Of a DNA stretch of 64,000 bases, positions 63,308-64,000 are shown piece by piece; positions within the stretch are counted from its first letter, which is position 1, and every line of letters begins with the position of its first letter. Origin of the DNA: a bacterium (lineage in GTDB: Bacteria; Patescibacteriota; Minisyncoccia; Phycocordibacterales; UBA6899); NCBI GenBank assembly GCA_043756865.1, contig JAYUQG010000030.1, forward strand, positions 30,703-94,702, read 5' to 3'. The translations under genes and the position numbers were made by a program. The notes under the pieces are model-generated. The model searched no databases. It saw only the letters and a list, made by a program, of their open reading frames with translations, and was not told where the DNA came from.

Positions 63308-64000
63308 CTAGTAAGACCTAAGTTTGTTTATGTTGCCGTGTTGGCGAATCTTTTCATGCGCCTTGGCCTCAATTTGGCGAATACGTTCACGAGTCACACC
63401 AAACTCCTTGCCAACCTCTTCTAATGTGTGTGTAACACCATCTAGGAGGCCGTGGCGCATTTCAAGGATTTTGCGTTCCTTCGGGCTAAGATCCGAAAGT
63501 ATCTCCCCCACTTGATCCGAAAGAATACGGCGGGAAGATTCTGCATCGGGAGAGAGAATTTTGTCGTCGGCGATGAATTCACCGAGTGTCGACTTCTCAT
63601 CGTCATCACCAATCGGCTTCTCGAGTGACACCGTGTCTTGGTCGATATTTTCGATGATGCGGACGCGCTCGACATCGATACCCATCTCGGTCGAAACTTC
63701 CTCGGCCATTGGCTCGCGTCCAAGGTCTTGGGTCAGACGGCGGACCACCTGCTTGTATTTCGCAATGGTCTCCACCATGTGCACAGGAATACGGATGGTG
63801 CGGCTTTGGTCGGCGAGTGCGCGGGTAATAGCCTGACGAATCCACCATGTGGCGTACGTCGAGAATTTAAAACCTTTCGACCAGTCGAATTTGTCTACTG
63901 CTCTAAAGAGTCCGAGGTTCCCCTCTTGAATGAGGTCAAGGAGTGTGAGGTCGGGAGAGCGTCCTACATACTTCTTCGCAACGGAAACCACGAGGCGGAG
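63308..64000 (-). CDS. rpoD: primary RNA polymerase sigma factor (sigma-70/RpoD family), 3' portion; the 5' end lies beyond the window
   Basis: Region 2 ([34 protein letters not shown]), region 3 and region 4 ([21 protein letters not shown]). The ORF is open to the window edge. Confidence 0.85.
   Translation of the reverse strand, partial: LRLVVSVAKKYVGRSPDLTLLDLIQEGNLGLFRAVDKFDWSKGFKFSTYATWWIRQAITRALADQSRTIRIPVHMVETIAKYKQVVRRLTQDLGREPMAEEVSTEMGIDVERVRIIENIDQDTVSLEKPIGDDDEKSTLGEFIADDKILSPDAESSRRILSDQVGEILSDLSPKERKILEMRHGLLDGVTHTLEEVGKEFGVTRERIRQIEAKAHEKIRQHGNINKLRSY

Noticed and set aside
1-64000. tRNA or rRNA genes
   Set aside because: Scanning the intergenic regions for GGTTCGA(A/T)TCC-type T-loops with cloverleaf context, and for rRNA-like conserved blocks, found none. 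The only T-loop-like motif (17668..17680) lacks an acceptor or anticodon arm. Absence should be confirmed with tRNAscan-SE or Infernal.

Overview
This is a chromosomal window from a bacterium with roughly 50% GC, canonical AGGAGG-type ribosome-binding sites and many hairpin-plus-T-run terminators. TGA, TAG and TAA are all used as stop codons, so the standard genetic code applies. No rRNA, tRNA or CRISPR array could be identified by eye.

The window falls into three parts.

(1) 0-33 kb is core-like housekeeping sequence:
- An ABC efflux module (permease fragment, ATPase, and a HlyD-type adaptor interrupted by a single in-frame TGA).
- An NDH-2 respiratory dehydrogenase.
- A periplasmic thiol-redox and copper cluster: DsbB-like protein with a thioredoxin-fold partner, CopZ-CopA, a cupredoxin-like protein, a His-rich protein, a CcdA/DsbD-like membrane protein with a thioredoxin, and a DsbA-like protein.
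- Two tandem stand-alone CheY-like receiver genes, an EVE-domain protein and a NUDIX hydrolase.
- EngB.
- A split suf Fe-S assembly system: sufB, a 625-bp gap, sufD-sufS-sufU, then 4 kb of inserted genes (a CrtI-like oxidoreductase, a membrane protein and a hypothetical), then sufC-sufT.

(2) 33-54 kb is an accessory region:
- It is dominated by small, mostly uncharacterised genes, several with strikingly C-ending codon usage. Two are paralogous small proteins.
- Recognisable domains include a DEDDh exonuclease, NADAR, SET, DUF2132, two peptidoglycan-binding-domain secreted proteins (one fused to a plastocyanin-like cupredoxin, one with an HExxH motif), SanA/DUF218, TPM and a YghA-type SDR.
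- The last 5 kb (48.96-53.9 kb) is a dense array of at least 10 copies of a previously unnamed MITE-like imperfect palindrome, all in the same orientation. It exists as a 34-bp form (ctattcgcctattcgcgcgaattagagaatag) and an ~90-bp form with an insert. There is also a separate 48-bp perfect palindrome present twice.
- These repeats partition the region into cassette-like small ORFs: an ArsR regulator, a NYN-domain nuclease and hypotheticals.

(3) 54-63 kb is a defense island, all on the minus strand:
- GIY-YIG/DUF4357 nuclease.
- A type I restriction-modification system, hsdR-fic-(small alpha-inh ORF)-hsdS-hsdM, whose HsdR carries an unusual triple Cys-rich repeat.
- An AT-rich, evidently horizontally acquired two-gene module: an ABC/SMC-like ATPase plus a small TOPRIM-like (DUF4276-like) protein, resembling OLD-family, PARIS or AbiL-type abortive-infection systems.
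- The 5'-truncated primary sigma factor gene at the window edge.
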